Positions 48,243-59,044 of a stretch of 64,000 nucleotides of DNA are shown here, one piece after another. How positions within the stretch are numbered: the stretch's first letter is position 1; the number at the start of each line of letters is the position of its first letter. The notes under the pieces were generated by a model. It ran no database searches and was not told where the DNA came from. It saw only the letters and a program-made list of their open reading frames with translations. Source of the stretch: Ferruginibacter sp. (GTDB taxonomy: Bacteria > Bacteroidota > Bacteroidia > Chitinophagales > Chitinophagaceae); assembly GCA_043751875.1 (NCBI GenBank), contig JAYUZL010000234.1, forward strand, positions 195-64,194, in the 5' to 3' direction. Position numbers and translations under genes: made by a program.

Positions 48243-50411
48243 ATGAAGAATCTATTATTTTGTACCGGCATGCTTTACATGAGTGTAATCACGTTAGCGC
48301 AAACAAACAAACCCTTTAATGATACGGCTTATCTACAACCGGTAGAAGTAAGTTCAGTAAAGGCACAGGAAAAAAATCCCTTTGCAAAAACCAATATCAG
48401 CAAGGAAGAAATTAAAAAATTAAATATTGGACAGGATCTTCCATTTATTTTAAACAACACTCCTTCTGTGGTAGTAAATTCCGATGCGGGAACGGGCATA
48501 GGCTATACAGGTATCCGCATTAGGGGTACCGATGCTACCCGCATAAACATAACGCTTAACGGCATTCCTTACAACGATGCGGAAAGCCTGGGTACTTATT
48601 TTGTTGATATTCCTGATCTTGCCTCCTCTGCAGGGAGCATCCAGGTACAAAGAGGAGTAGGAACTTCGGCAAATGGCGCAGGTTCTTTTGGCGGAAGCAT
48701 AAACGTAAGTACAAATGAAGTAAACAAAGAAAAACACCTTGAACTTAGCAGCACGGCAGGTTCTTATGAAAGTTTTAAAAATACTTTACTTTTTAACAGC
48801 GGCATATTTGGTAAATATTTTACTGTAGATGCAAGAATGAGTAATATCAGGTCTCAAGGCTATATTGAAAGAGCAAGTGCCAGATTACAATCCTATTTTT
48901 TAAGTACAGCTTACGTTACAGACAAAAGCTCACTGAGACTCAATGTTTTTACCGGAAAAGAACGAACTTATCAGGCATATTTTGGTGTAAATCAAACTGC
49001 ACTTGATACCAACAGGAGGTACAATAGTGCGGGAACAGATAAAACCGGCACTCCCTACGAAAATGAAGTAGATGATTACAGACAAACGCATTACCAGCTA
49101 TTTTATAATCACCAGTTTAATAAATACCTAAAAGCAAACATTGCAGTATTTTTTACAAAAGGTAAAGGGTATTATGAGCAATATAAAAGCAATGCGAGCT
49201 TGCAAGAATATGGACTTCCAAATGTTGGTACAATTAAAAAGACAGACTTAATAAGGCGCCTTTGGCTTGATAATAATTTTTATGGATCAATATTTTCTTT
49301 GCAATACGACCGAAATAAAACACAGATTATTGTTGGTGGAGGGTATAACAGATACGAAGGGGATCATTATGGAGAAATTATCTGGGCTAAGGAACAGACT
49401 GCAGTTCCTAAAAATTATAGATGGTATGATAACCCAGCTCATAAATACGATTTTTCCAGTTATGCAAAATGGACGCAAAACATCAGCAAAAACTTTCAAA
49501 CATTTGCAGATTTGCAAGTGAGAAATATAAATTACACTATCAATGGTTTTAGGTACAATCCTGACCTTAAAATAAAGCAGCATTATTTTTTCTTTAACCC
49601 AAAAGCAGGGGTTACTTTTTCAAGAAATAATTATAAGGTATATACCTCTTTTGGACGTGCAATAAAGGAACCCAATAGAGATGATTTTGAGGCTTCTGTA
49701 ACCGCATTACCAAAACCAGAGAAATTAAATGATTTTGAAGCCGGTATTGAAAGCAATAAATCTAATTTAAAAATGGGAGCTAATTTTTACTACATGTTTT
49801 ATCAAGACCAGCTTGTGTTGACAGGTAAAATAAATGATGTTGGTGCTTACACAAGAACCAACATACCAAAAAGCTACCGAGCAGGCCTAGAGTTTTTTGG
49901 AAGTGCAGTTCTCAGTAAAATTTTCTCTGTAAATGGAAACATAACTTTTAGTAGAAACAAGGTTAAAGACTTTACAGAATATTTTGATGATTATGACAAT
50001 GGCGGACAGGGATCAAAATTTTACAAAAAAGCTGACATTTCTTTTTCACCTAATATTATAAGTTCACTTTCTTTAAATATCATCACTTCAAAAAACCTGC
50101 TGTTAACCCTAACAGGAAAATATGTAGGAGATCAATATCTTGATAATACATCTAACAAAAGCCGTCGTTTAAAAGATTATTACACGCAGGATGTAAAAGC
50201 AACCTATACAATAAAAGGGAAAAACTTTAGCGAGGTGAATTTCTTTGCACAAGCAATAAATATTTTCTCCAGAAAATATGAACCAAACGGATATACTTAC
50301 AGTTATGTTGCAGCCGGGAAATTAACCACAGAAAATTTTTATTATCCGATGGCTACAGCAAATTTTGTATTTGGTGTAAACATCACACCGAATATTGCGA
50401 AAAAGAAATAA
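48243..50411 (+). CDS. TonB-dependent receptor, probable thiamine transporter
   Basis: Signal peptide from ATG 48243; plug (GQDLP..L, IRIRG, NGIP.ND, IQVQRG, GGSIN); TPP riboswitch upstream. Confidence 0.88.
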   Translation: MKNLLFCTGMLYMSVITLAQTNKPFNDTAYLQPVEVSSVKAQEKNPFAKTNISKEEIKKLNIGQDLPFILNNTPSVVVNSDAGTGIGYTGIRIRGTDATRINITLNGIPYNDAESLGTYFVDIPDLASSAGSIQVQRGVGTSANGAGSFGGSINVSTNEVNKEKHLELSSTAGSYESFKNTLLFNSGIFGKYFTVDARMSNIRSQGYIERASARLQSYFLSTAYVTDKSSLRLNVFTGKERTYQAYFGVNQTALDTNRRYNSAGTDKTGTPYENEVDDYRQTHYQLFYNHQFNKYLKANIAVFFTKGKGYYEQYKSNASLQEYGLPNVGTIKKTDLIRRLWLDNNFYGSIFSLQYDRNKTQIIVGGGYNRYEGDHYGEIIWAKEQTAVPKNYRWYDNPAHKYDFSSYAKWTQNISKNFQTFADLQVRNINYTINGFRYNPDLKIKQHYFFFNPKAGVTFSRNNYKVYTSFGRAIKEPNRDDFEASVTALPKPEKLNDFEAGIESNKSNLKMGANFYYMFYQDQLVLTGKINDVGAYTRTNIPKSYRAGLEFFGSAVLSKIFSVNGNITFSRNKVKDFTEYFDDYDNGGQGSKFYKKADISFSPNIISSLSLNIITSKNLLLTLTGKYVGDQYLDNTSNKSRRLKDYYTQDVKATYTIKGKNFSEVNFFAQAINIFSRKYEPNGYTYSYVAAGKLTTENFYYPMATANFVFGVNITPNIAKKK

Positions 50412-50424
50412 TTAAAGATCATAA

Positions 50425-50458
50425 AAAAGTCAACCATTTATTAAAATGGTAAACTTTT
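50425..50458. terminator. Probable bidirectional terminator
   Basis: AAAAGTCAACCATTT / AAATGGTAAACTTTT imperfect inverted repeat between convergent genes. Confidence 0.55.
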
Positions 50459-50475
50459 ATAATTTAATGAAGCGT

Positions 50476-50775
50476 TTAAATATGTTGCCAAGCGAGCATT
50501 CCACCATCTAAATTTACAACGTTGGTAAATCCAAATGTTTCTAGCATCATTGCAGCCTGCACGCTGCGTTTACCGCTTCGGCAATAACATATTATTTCTT
50601 CATTTTTTAAATTTTCTATTTCATCAGTCTGCATGACCATTATCTGACCAAGCGGTATAAAAATACCCCCAATATTAAACTCCAGTCTTTCATCCGGCTC
50701 TCTTACATCCAATAAATGTACTGTTTCATTATTGGCTATTCTTTCTTTCAGTTTTGTTACAGAAATATTCGTCAT
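50476..50775 (-). CDS. Rhodanese-like domain protein
   Basis: LLDVRE, YCRSGKRS, NLDGGMLAW. Confidence 0.9.
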   Translation of the reverse strand: MTNISVTKLKERIANNETVHLLDVREPDERLEFNIGGIFIPLGQIMVMQTDEIENLKNEEIICYCRSGKRSVQAAMMLETFGFTNVVNLDGGMLAWQHI

Positions 50776-51581
50776 GGCTCTTGATTAATGGTAGTTGAAT
50801 CTGTTAAGTATTTCATTTCTCTTGATACCCACACATCCATTACCTGCCCTGACCTGATGTAGACAGGTCTTTTATCTTCAGTAAATTTTGGTGGATTTTG
50901 TTTATAAACAAATGCATTTGCAGTGTCGGAGATTCCTGGATCTACCACTGTTGAAGCAAGCATAATCCCATTCTGTTCCAATACCATTTTTGCTTCGCCG
51001 TAAGTTAATCCCAATAAAGATGGCACAGGTACCTGTTCGTTTGAAAGCCCGCCGCCTATAATCATATCTACACGGCTTCCCCATGGGAGTTTACTGCCAG
51101 ATGTGATGAGTGCGCCACTATAACGTTGTTCCAAAACGGAGCCCATCATAAAATCAGGTTTGTATGTTGTATCCCCAACTGTTAAATGACTTCTACGCAA
51201 AATCTCCAACGCATACCCAAGTGATTTCCCCTGTAACGCAGGCATATCTATCATTGGCAAAGTACTTCTGTTTATTGTAAGCAGCACGACACGGTTTACT
51301 TTTACAGTGCTGTTTGGCTCTGGAAATTGTTTCAACACAATGCCCATTTTTGCAGTATCAGTGTAAACCGAATCCTGTATAACAACATCAAACCCTTTAC
51401 TTTCTAGAATTTTTACTGCTTCAGCTGTTGTTCTTGCCGTAACAGACGGCACGGTTAAATAACTGCCGTGTTTTGTTATTACTCCTAATAATTGAAGAAA
51501 GCCCCATATTAAAAACACAGTCAGCAACATAATTGCCAACAGATTTACCCAAAATGGTCTGTCCGTAATAAATTTAAACAC
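50772..51581 (-). CDS. PASTA-domain membrane protein
   Basis: N-terminal TM, TKHG, three VP.L.G...Q.P repeats. Confidence 0.88.
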   Translation of the reverse strand: MFKFITDRPFWVNLLAIMLLTVFLIWGFLQLLGVITKHGSYLTVPSVTARTTAEAVKILESKGFDVVIQDSVYTDTAKMGIVLKQFPEPNSTVKVNRVVLLTINRSTLPMIDMPALQGKSLGYALEILRRSHLTVGDTTYKPDFMMGSVLEQRYSGALITSGSKLPWGSRVDMIIGGGLSNEQVPVPSLLGLTYGEAKMVLEQNGIMLASTVVDPGISDTANAFVYKQNPPKFTEDKRPVYIRSGQVMDVWVSREMKYLTDSTTINQEP

Positions 51582-51621
51582 TTGTAATTGTTTTAGGTTT
51601 CAAGAAAGTGCAATATAACCA

Positions 51622-52599
51622 TCACACAAAACATTCTTCTAATAATAAACTATAAAATTCTTTTAAAGTAGTGTTCATTGCAGCAACCTGTTGGGGAACT
51701 ATGCTGGCTGCACTTTGCCCGGGAACTGTATTAATTTCCAGCATATAAGGCACTTCTTTTATGTCATCATAAATAAAATCAATACGCACAATTCCTTTGC
51801 AATTAAAAACTCTGTAAATTTTTTCTGCCGATTGCTTTATTTGTTGTGTAATTTTTTCTGTTGCGATTGCCGGTGTTACTTCTTCACTTTTTCCTTCATA
51901 CTTAGCTTCAAAATCAAAGAAATCATTTTTAGAGATAATCTCGGTCATTGGCATGCAAACAATTTTTCCTTTGGTTTTAAAAACACCAATGGTAAATTCT
52001 CGTCCCCTGATAAATTCTTCCACTAAAATCTGTTCATCTTCCTCGAATGCTTTTTGCAAAGCAGCTTCCAAATCACCGGCATTGTTTACTTTGCTCATGC
52101 CAATACTACTGCCGCCGTTATTGGGTTTTACAAAAAAAGGAAGAATAAGTTGTTTTAAAATTTCAGTAGATGTTGTTCTATCATTTTTAAAAAGATGCAT
52201 GGACTTTGCTACATGTATGCCTGCAAATGCGGCCACCGCAACGGTATACCTTTTATTAAATGTTAGGGCAGATGTTGCGGCATCGCAGGATGTATAAGAA
52301 ATGCCAAGACAATCAAAATAACCCTGTAGTTTTCCATCTTCGCCAGGTGTGCCATGCAAGCCAACCAAAACCGCATCAAATTGAATATGCTTACCATCGA
52401 CTGTTATTGAAAAATCATTTTTATCAACCCCTATTTTTTCTCCGTCCTGCGAAGTGTAAAACCACCCCTGAGGGTGAATATCTATCAGGTAACAATCCCA
52501 TTTTGTTGCATCAATATTATTTTGGATGGTTGCAGCACTTTTATAAGAAATTACGGCTTCTCCGGAGTAACCACCTGTTATCAATGCAATTTTTTTCAT
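51622..52599 (-). CDS. ddl: D-alanine--D-alanine ligase
   Basis: GGYSGE..IS, LHGTPGEDG, KP..GGSSIG, EAKY, RIDF, EINTVPG. Confidence 0.95.
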   Translation of the reverse strand: MKKIALITGGYSGEAVISYKSAATIQNNIDATKWDCYLIDIHPQGWFYTSQDGEKIGVDKNDFSITVDGKHIQFDAVLVGLHGTPGEDGKLQGYFDCLGISYTSCDAATSALTFNKRYTVAVAAFAGIHVAKSMHLFKNDRTTSTEILKQLILPFFVKPNNGGSSIGMSKVNNAGDLEAALQKAFEEDEQILVEEFIRGREFTIGVFKTKGKIVCMPMTEIISKNDFFDFEAKYEGKSEEVTPAIATEKITQQIKQSAEKIYRVFNCKGIVRIDFIYDDIKEVPYMLEINTVPGQSAASIVPQQVAAMNTTLKEFYSLLLEECFV

Positions 52600-52646
52600 A
52601 TTCTTAAAATAATTTTTACACAATTATTAAGGACTTAAAATAAAAT

Positions 52647-53126
52647 TTATTTTACTTCATTTATTCCCTCATTATTACTTTGTAAAACAAATTTCCATTT
52701 TCCATCTTCTTGCTTTTTCCAGATGCTAACATATGTACCGTATAATAATGTATCTATTAAGGAAGATTTTATTTCATATACGCCAAAAGTGTAACCAAGT
52801 TCTCCGGATGCAGCCACCACCGCGTTTGAAGGTTTCCAATTCAAAGTGTAACCTGTATCCTTTAAGCCTATAATAAAGTCAACGGCATCTGCTCCGGCAA
52901 TTGGTAACTGCTTAGGGCGAAGTAAAACACCATTGCTGTCTATATTTTCTAAATAAGCTTCTTTTAAACCTTTTTCTGCACTAAGCGCTGCAAAATTCCT
53001 GTCTGCTTTGAGAAGTGATTCATTTCTTGCCAGCTTATCGTCAGTATTGTTTTTTTTAGAAAAATCACATGACGTGATTGCAAGGGCATGCATAATAAAA
53101 ACAAGCAACGTTATATATTTAATCAT
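52647..53126 (-). CDS. NTF2-like / DUF4440 lipoprotein
   Basis: Lipobox ITSC; L.W.P....VAASGELGYTFG.Y, G.YVSIWKKQ.DG.WK. Confidence 0.78.
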   Translation of the reverse strand: MIKYITLLVFIMHALAITSCDFSKKNNTDDKLARNESLLKADRNFAALSAEKGLKEAYLENIDSNGVLLRPKQLPIAGADAVDFIIGLKDTGYTLNWKPSNAVVAASGELGYTFGVYEIKSSLIDTLLYGTYVSIWKKQEDGKWKFVLQSNNEGINEVK

Positions 53127-53166
53127 AAAAGCAAGGTAATAAAATTCTAAAAAAGTATAGGTACAA

Positions 53167-53198
53167 AAAAGCGAAAGCATATAAATACTTTCGCTTTT
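53167..53198 (-). terminator. Terminator after the ferredoxin gene
   Basis: AAAAGCGAAAG / CTTTCGCTTTT inverted repeat. Confidence 0.7.
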
Positions 53199-53210
53199 AA
53201 ATTAGTTTAA

Positions 53211-53558
53211 TTAAATGTGAAGGTGATTTTTCTTATCCATAAGCTGATCCACCGTTTCTCTGTAATCTTCGTCAGGTACACAGCAGTCAACCGGGCACAC
53301 AGCGGCACATTGCGGTTCTTCATGAAAACCTTGGCATTCAGTACACTTGTTCGGAACAATATAATAGATATCAAGGGCTACCGGGGCATTGCGCTTGTCG
53401 GCATCCATTTGAGAACCATCCATTAAAGTAAAACTTCCTTTTATGGTGGTACCATCAGCAATTGCCCACTCAACTCCACCTTCGTAAATAGCGTTGTTTG
53501 GACATTCAGGTTCGCATGCCCCGCAGTTTATACATTCGTCAGTTATTTTGATTGCCAT
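53211..53558 (-). CDS. 2x[4Fe-4S] ferredoxin (YfhL-type)
   Basis: CINCGACEPECP and CTEC.G.....QCAAVCP. Confidence 0.93.
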   Translation of the reverse strand: MAIKITDECINCGACEPECPNNAIYEGGVEWAIADGTTIKGSFTLMDGSQMDADKRNAPVALDIYYIVPNKCTECQGFHEEPQCAAVCPVDCCVPDEDYRETVDQLMDKKNHLHI

Positions 53559-53592
53559 CGTTGTAAATTTGTTGCAATTTAACAAGAACCTT

Positions 53593-54588
53593 ATGAACCT
53601 ACAAGAAAGAATTAATTTAATGGTTAAAGCCGGAGAATATTTAAAGGCTGATTCTGAAGAATGGCAGGAAGCAAAGCAAGAGGCTTTTTATAAAAACGGA
53701 TGGTTTACAACTGATTTTTCTCAACATGCAGCATTACAAATAGCTGATAATTTTCTGACTGAAGAAGCACTGCAAAAATGGACAGCCCATTACCATATAG
53801 ATGATATCATATCGGCTAAAAACATTGGAATTGTAATGGCAGGAAATATACCAATGGTGGGCTTTCATGACATGCTTTCGGTATTTATTAGCGGGCATAA
53901 CCAGACTGTAAAATTATCATCTAAAGATGATGTGCTGTTAAAGCATCTTGTAAAATATTTATACAGTTTAGACAATGAAATTCAAAATTATATTTCATTT
54001 GCAGATATGCTAAAAGGATGCGATGCATACATTGCAACGGGGGGTACCAGTGCTGCAAAATCTTTTTCAGAATATTTTGGCAAATATCCAAACATCATAA
54101 GAAAGAACAGAACATCCGCTGCAATTCTTACAGGTAACGAAACTGATAAAGAATTAAGGTTATTGGCTGATGATGTTCATTTATATTTTGGACTCGGTTG
54201 CAGAAATGTTACTAAATTATATGTACCGGAAGAGTACAATTTTGAAAGGTTATTAACATCATTTTCTCATTTTAAATATTTTGGCGATCACCATAAATAC
54301 AGGAATAATTATGACTACAATCTTTCCATAATTCTGTTGAATAATGTTTATTACATGACTAATGAAGCCACTATTCTTACCGAAAACACAAACATGTTTT
54401 CGCCCATTAGCCAGCTTTATTATGAGTATTATAACGATATAGGAAAACTTACTGAATTTTTGCAAAATCAGAGTGATGTTCAATGCCTGGTCGGAAATAA
54501 TTTTGTACCTTTTGGTGAAGCTCAAAACCCCGATTTATTTACTTATGCTGATGGAGAAGATACGATGCAGTTTCTATTAACACTTTGA
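53593..54588 (+). CDS. Acyl-CoA reductase (LuxC-like)
   Basis: NGWF, GIVMAGNIP.VGFHD, KLSS.D, IATG, NRTS, YFGLGCRNV. Confidence 0.87.
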   Translation: MNLQERINLMVKAGEYLKADSEEWQEAKQEAFYKNGWFTTDFSQHAALQIADNFLTEEALQKWTAHYHIDDIISAKNIGIVMAGNIPMVGFHDMLSVFISGHNQTVKLSSKDDVLLKHLVKYLYSLDNEIQNYISFADMLKGCDAYIATGGTSAAKSFSEYFGKYPNIIRKNRTSAAILTGNETDKELRLLADDVHLYFGLGCRNVTKLYVPEEYNFERLLTSFSHFKYFGDHHKYRNNYDYNLSIILLNNVYYMTNEATILTENTNMFSPISQLYYEYYNDIGKLTEFLQNQSDVQCLVGNNFVPFGEAQNPDLFTYADGEDTMQFLLTL

Positions 54589-54723
54589 CATTTAAAACGC
54601 CTAATAATTTATTGTTAAATAGGCTCATAAATAAATAGCATTTTGTCAGTCTATCGTTACTTTGTTTAGCGAAGGCACATTTTTTGATATTTTCAATAAA
54701 ATAATAAAATAAAACATAATAAA

Positions 54724-56265
54724 ATGAAATTTAAACAACTCGCATTTACTGTTTTCTTTAGTGCCCTTACAACTTTAGGAGTGGTTTGGGGATATGGCAA
54801 ATACATAAAAAATTCAAATACTTATGGTGGACAAACGGTTGGAGTATTGCCCGGAAATTATCCAAAACAAACCGGCTTTGGAGATGGTAGTAGTTTGCCT
54901 CCAGGTGCCGTTGATTTTACAGTTCCTGCACAAGCTGCCACACCTGCAGTTGTTCACATTAAGACAAAAACAAATGCTAAACAAATTTCCAACAGCCTAC
55001 CAAAAACACAGCGTCAGCAAAATCCTTTCAGCGATTTGTTTGGAGATGATGATATGATGGAGCAATTTTTTGGCAAAAGAAATAATGTAAGACCTGAGCA
55101 ACGTGCATCAGGTTCAGGTGTGTTAATCAGTGAAGACGGTTACATTGTTACCAACAACCACGTTGTTGCTTCTGCAGACGAAATTATGGTTACACTAAGC
55201 AATAAAAAAACATATACAGCAAAAGTAATTGGCACAGACCCTGCATACGATCTAGCAGTAATTAAAGTAGAAGCTGCAGGTTTGCCTTATTTAATTTATG
55301 GCAATTCCGATGATGTAAAAATTGGTCAGTGGGTTTTGGCTATTGGTTATCCATTAAACCTTGAAACAACAGTAACTGCAGGTATAGTTAGTGCTAAAGG
55401 GAGAAGTTTGGGTTTAAATAAAGATAAAGCAGGGGGTGCGGGTATTGAATCTTTTATACAAACAGATGCCGCAGTGAACATGGGTAATAGTGGTGGCGCC
55501 TTGGTTAATACTGACGGTAAAATAGTTGGTATCAATTCAGCCATTGCATCTCCGACAGGATATTATTCTGGTTATTCTTATGCAATACCTGTAAACATCG
55601 TAAAAAAAGTGGTTGATGATATTATTAAATTCGGTACCGTTCAACGTGCTTATATTGGTATCGCTTACACAACGCCGAGCGATTTAAGTGATGAAGTAAA
55701 AAAGCAACAGGGAATACCAACAGACGCTTACGGTATTTATGTAACGGACGTACCTAAAGATGGTGGTGCTTTTGGGGCAGGTATACGCAAAGGAGATATG
55801 ATTATAAAAGTAAACGCAAGTGTGGTGAGCAGTGGTGCTGAAATGCAGGAACAGGTTAGCCGATACAAGCCAGGCGATAAAATAACAGTTACCTATTTAC
55901 GAGATAACAAAGAAGTAACAGCTAACGTAACTTTAAAAAATAAAGCAGGTAATTACGATGTGGTAAAAAATGAAATTGCTACAGATAAATTAGGTGCAGA
56001 ACTGGTAACACTTGATCCAAAAAAAGCAAAGGAATATGGTGTTACGGGTGGTGTAATTGTAAAGAAAATTAAAGCTGAAGGTGCCTTCGAAAAACAAAGC
56101 AGAATGAAAGATGGTTTTATTATTTTAAAAATAAATAATAAAATAATAAGTTCTGTTGATGAATTAAAAAACATTGTAGGTAAAGAAAAAGATATTACAG
56201 TTAGTGGTTTTTACCCGGGCTATGATGGTCTGTATGAATACCCTTTTTCGTTAGATGATGAATAA
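54724..56265 (+). CDS. DegP/HtrA-family serine protease with PDZ domains
   Basis: SGSG, TNNHVV, DLAVIK, QTDAAVNMGNSGG. Confidence 0.94.
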   Translation: MKFKQLAFTVFFSALTTLGVVWGYGKYIKNSNTYGGQTVGVLPGNYPKQTGFGDGSSLPPGAVDFTVPAQAATPAVVHIKTKTNAKQISNSLPKTQRQQNPFSDLFGDDDMMEQFFGKRNNVRPEQRASGSGVLISEDGYIVTNNHVVASADEIMVTLSNKKTYTAKVIGTDPAYDLAVIKVEAAGLPYLIYGNSDDVKIGQWVLAIGYPLNLETTVTAGIVSAKGRSLGLNKDKAGGAGIESFIQTDAAVNMGNSGGALVNTDGKIVGINSAIASPTGYYSGYSYAIPVNIVKKVVDDIIKFGTVQRAYIGIAYTTPSDLSDEVKKQQGIPTDAYGIYVTDVPKDGGAFGAGIRKGDMIIKVNASVVSSGAEMQEQVSRYKPGDKITVTYLRDNKEVTANVTLKNKAGNYDVVKNEIATDKLGAELVTLDPKKAKEYGVTGGVIVKKIKAEGAFEKQSRMKDGFIILKINNKIISSVDELKNIVGKEKDITVSGFYPGYDGLYEYPFSLDDE

Positions 56266-56280
56266 GGCGAGCACATATAA

Positions 56281-56311
56281 ACAAAGCCCCTGAAATTTTC
56301 GGGGGCTTTGT
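56281..56311. terminator. Intrinsic terminator
   Basis: ACAAAGCCCC / GGGGCTTTGT hairpin. Confidence 0.8.
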
Positions 56312-56427
56312 TATTTATACTATATGAAATAATATTTAGTCTAAAAAAGTCTTTTCTGACTGTATAATACTTTTTAGGATTTACATACAAAACCTCAGTC
56401 TATTTTGTAAATCGTGATTTTACTACA

Positions 56428-57720
56428 TCAAACTAAATTTTTAAATTTTTCTAAAATACAAAACCCACCTGCTTCTTTTTCAAAAAGAAAACTGTTGTTC
56501 AGAATTTTTTCCTGTGCAGAAAAAACATCCCTGTAATGCCCAGGCATGGCGTTAAAAATAATATTTTCTGCAGTGGTAACCTTGTTGAAGTTGATCATAC
56601 ATAAAACTACCTCCTCATCACTTTTTATAAGCATGGAAAATATATTTCTGGCAATCAATAATTCATCTATATAAATATCTGCTGCCTTTAAATTTATAAA
56701 TACAGGATTTCTTTTTCGCAAAGACAGCAAACATTTATAAAAATTTTGCAACTTTAAATCTTCTGTCCATTCAATTACATCTTTTTCAAAAAATTGCAGC
56801 CTTTTGTAATTTGGTAATTCCTGCCCACTGTATATTAACGGGACAGATACATATAACGTTGAAAAAACTGCCCATGCTTTGGCAAACATGCCATACTTCT
56901 CGTATTCAGAACCGTTCCATGAATTTTCATCATGATTACTTGTAAAAAATAAACGCAGGTCTTTCTCATCAAAATCTTTTTTGTAATCTGATAATACTTT
57001 TACACAGTCAGCCAGTGTCTTTTCCCCGGTTACAAACTGCTGTGTGGTGTGCATCATTCTCCATGTATAAGAAATATCAAATGCTTGGTGGTAATTTATA
57101 TCTTCGGTTTCAGCAAGCCAGATCAGGTCTTTTTTTAAAGAAGATAAATGCAGCCTTGCATTTAACCAAAATGGCAATGGTGTAAGGTGAGCAAGGTCAG
57201 CACGAAAACCATCAATGTTAAACTCTTTTATCCAATACTGCATGGCATCTATCATAGCAACCTGCTCATTTCCGTTGCTGTGATCTATCTGTATAACATC
57301 ACTCCAATCGTAAGGTGCAATAAATTTACCTTCCTTATCTTTTACATAATATTCAGGGTTGGTTTTTGTCCATACATTATCCCATGATGTGTGATTTGCA
57401 ACCCAGTCTATAATTATTTGCATCCCCAGCGAATGAACTTTTATTACCAAATCTTTAAAATCTTCTGCGGTACCAAACTCCGGGTTTATTCCTTTGTGAT
57501 TTTGTATGGAATAATAACTGCCAAGGATTCCTTTTCTTTTTTCAACCCCAATCGGATGAATGGGCATCATCCACAATATTTCGACACCCATATCTTTTAG
57601 CCTCGTCAAATGTTTCTCAAATGCTTTAAAAGTACCTTCCAGTGTGTACTGCCTCACATTTACTTCGTACAGGTTACTGTTTCTTAAAAATGCCGGTTGT
57701 ATGAATAAACTTGCTTCCAT
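56428..57720 (-). CDS. GH13 alpha-amylase family glycoside hydrolase
   Basis: YEVNVRQ, DWVANHT, DGFRAD, LAE, NHDEN. Confidence 0.92.
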   Translation of the reverse strand: MEASLFIQPAFLRNSNLYEVNVRQYTLEGTFKAFEKHLTRLKDMGVEILWMMPIHPIGVEKRKGILGSYYSIQNHKGINPEFGTAEDFKDLVIKVHSLGMQIIIDWVANHTSWDNVWTKTNPEYYVKDKEGKFIAPYDWSDVIQIDHSNGNEQVAMIDAMQYWIKEFNIDGFRADLAHLTPLPFWLNARLHLSSLKKDLIWLAETEDINYHQAFDISYTWRMMHTTQQFVTGEKTLADCVKVLSDYKKDFDEKDLRLFFTSNHDENSWNGSEYEKYGMFAKAWAVFSTLYVSVPLIYSGQELPNYKRLQFFEKDVIEWTEDLKLQNFYKCLLSLRKRNPVFINLKAADIYIDELLIARNIFSMLIKSDEEVVLCMINFNKVTTAENIIFNAMPGHYRDVFSAQEKILNNSFLFEKEAGGFCILEKFKNLV

Positions 57721-57808
57721 AAAATTAAACTTTCAATTTTTCCAATCACAAAATAGGTAATCTAAATTCCATTTATCTTAAAACGTACCTTCGCAATCAT
57801 TTCTTATT

Positions 57809-59044
57809 ATGAAGCAATTTACTATTCCTTTTACATATCGAAGTCCTCTTATTACTGCAATAAAAAACACAAGACGTGAGCAGGATAAAATGAAGAAAGA
57901 TTTTACGCCTACCCTCCTGGATCTTGGAGACGTGCAGATTTATTTAGCAAGACATTTTGGGTTTTGTTACGGTGTAGAAAATGCGATTGAAATTGCTTTT
58001 AAAACAATAGATGAAAACCCGGGTAAACGTATTTTTTTATTGAGTGAAATGATTCACAATCCACAGGTAAATGCAGATTTACAGCAAAGAGGTGTTACAT
58101 TTTTACAGGATACAAAAGGGAATATGTTAATTCCTTTTGAAGAATTAACTGCAGATGATGTGGTTATTATTCCTGCATTTGGAACTACGTTGTTAATTGA
58201 AGAAAAAATAAATTCAATTGGTATTTCTACAAAAAAATACAACACAACATGTCCGTTTGTTGAAAAAGTTTGGAACCGTGGAGACCAGATAGCGAAAAAA
58301 AATTATGCAGTGGTTGTACATGGCAAACCAACGCACGAAGAAACCCGTGCTACATTTTCTCATGCCGCTAAAGTGACGCCAACAGTAATTGTAAATGATA
58401 TGGCAGAAGCAATTGAGCTTAGTAAATACATAATCGGCGAAAAAGATATTGAACAGTTTATTAAAGAATTTGAGGGTCGTTTTTCAGAAGGATTTAACCC
58501 TGAATTAGATTTGCAACGTATTGGTGTTATTAATCAAACCACCATGCTGGCAAGCGATACACAGGCTATTGCCGATTTTTTAAAAAATATAATGATTGCA
58601 AAATATCATCTTACTGAAGCAAATATTGCTGAAAGATTTGCCGATACAAGAGATACGCTTTGCTACGCAACAAACGATAATCAATCTTCCATTTATGGCT
58701 TGCTGGAACAGGAAGCAGATTTTGCCATTGTTGTTGGCGGGTACAACAGCAGCAACACATCTCACCTTGTAGAGTTGTGCGAAGAAAAGCTAACCACTTA
58801 TTTTATAAATGGCGCGGATAAAATAACAGAGGACAATACCATTTTTCATTATAACCTTCACAACCAAGAAGAGAAAGCCACGCATGATTTTTTGCCATTA
58901 AACAGATCTGTAAAAATATTAATAAGCAGTGGTGCAAGTTGCCCTGATGCAATGGTTGAAGCTGTTATAGAAAAAATTGCAGCTATGAAAAACAAAAGTC
59001 AAAAACTGGAATTATTAAAAAATGAAATGCTTTTGGTAAATTAA
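57809..59044 (+). CDS. ispH: 4-hydroxy-3-methylbut-2-enyl diphosphate reductase
   Basis: GFCYGV, IHNP, TCPFV, H.E, QTT, TLCYAT, GGYNSSNT, GASCP. Confidence 0.95.
   Translation: MKQFTIPFTYRSPLITAIKNTRREQDKMKKDFTPTLLDLGDVQIYLARHFGFCYGVENAIEIAFKTIDENPGKRIFLLSEMIHNPQVNADLQQRGVTFLQDTKGNMLIPFEELTADDVVIIPAFGTTLLIEEKINSIGISTKKYNTTCPFVEKVWNRGDQIAKKNYAVVVHGKPTHEETRATFSHAAKVTPTVIVNDMAEAIELSKYIIGEKDIEQFIKEFEGRFSEGFNPELDLQRIGVINQTTMLASDTQAIADFLKNIMIAKYHLTEANIAERFADTRDTLCYATNDNQSSIYGLLEQEADFAIVVGGYNSSNTSHLVELCEEKLTTYFINGADKITEDNTIFHYNLHNQEEKATHDFLPLNRSVKILISSGASCPDAMVEAVIEKIAAMKNKSQKLELLKNEMLLVN

Noticed and set aside
51890-51930. Ddl omega loop FFDFEAKY as a sign of D-Ala-D-Lac specificity
   Set aside because: The diagnostic residue is the Tyr after Lys (E. 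coli DdlB Y216), which is retained.
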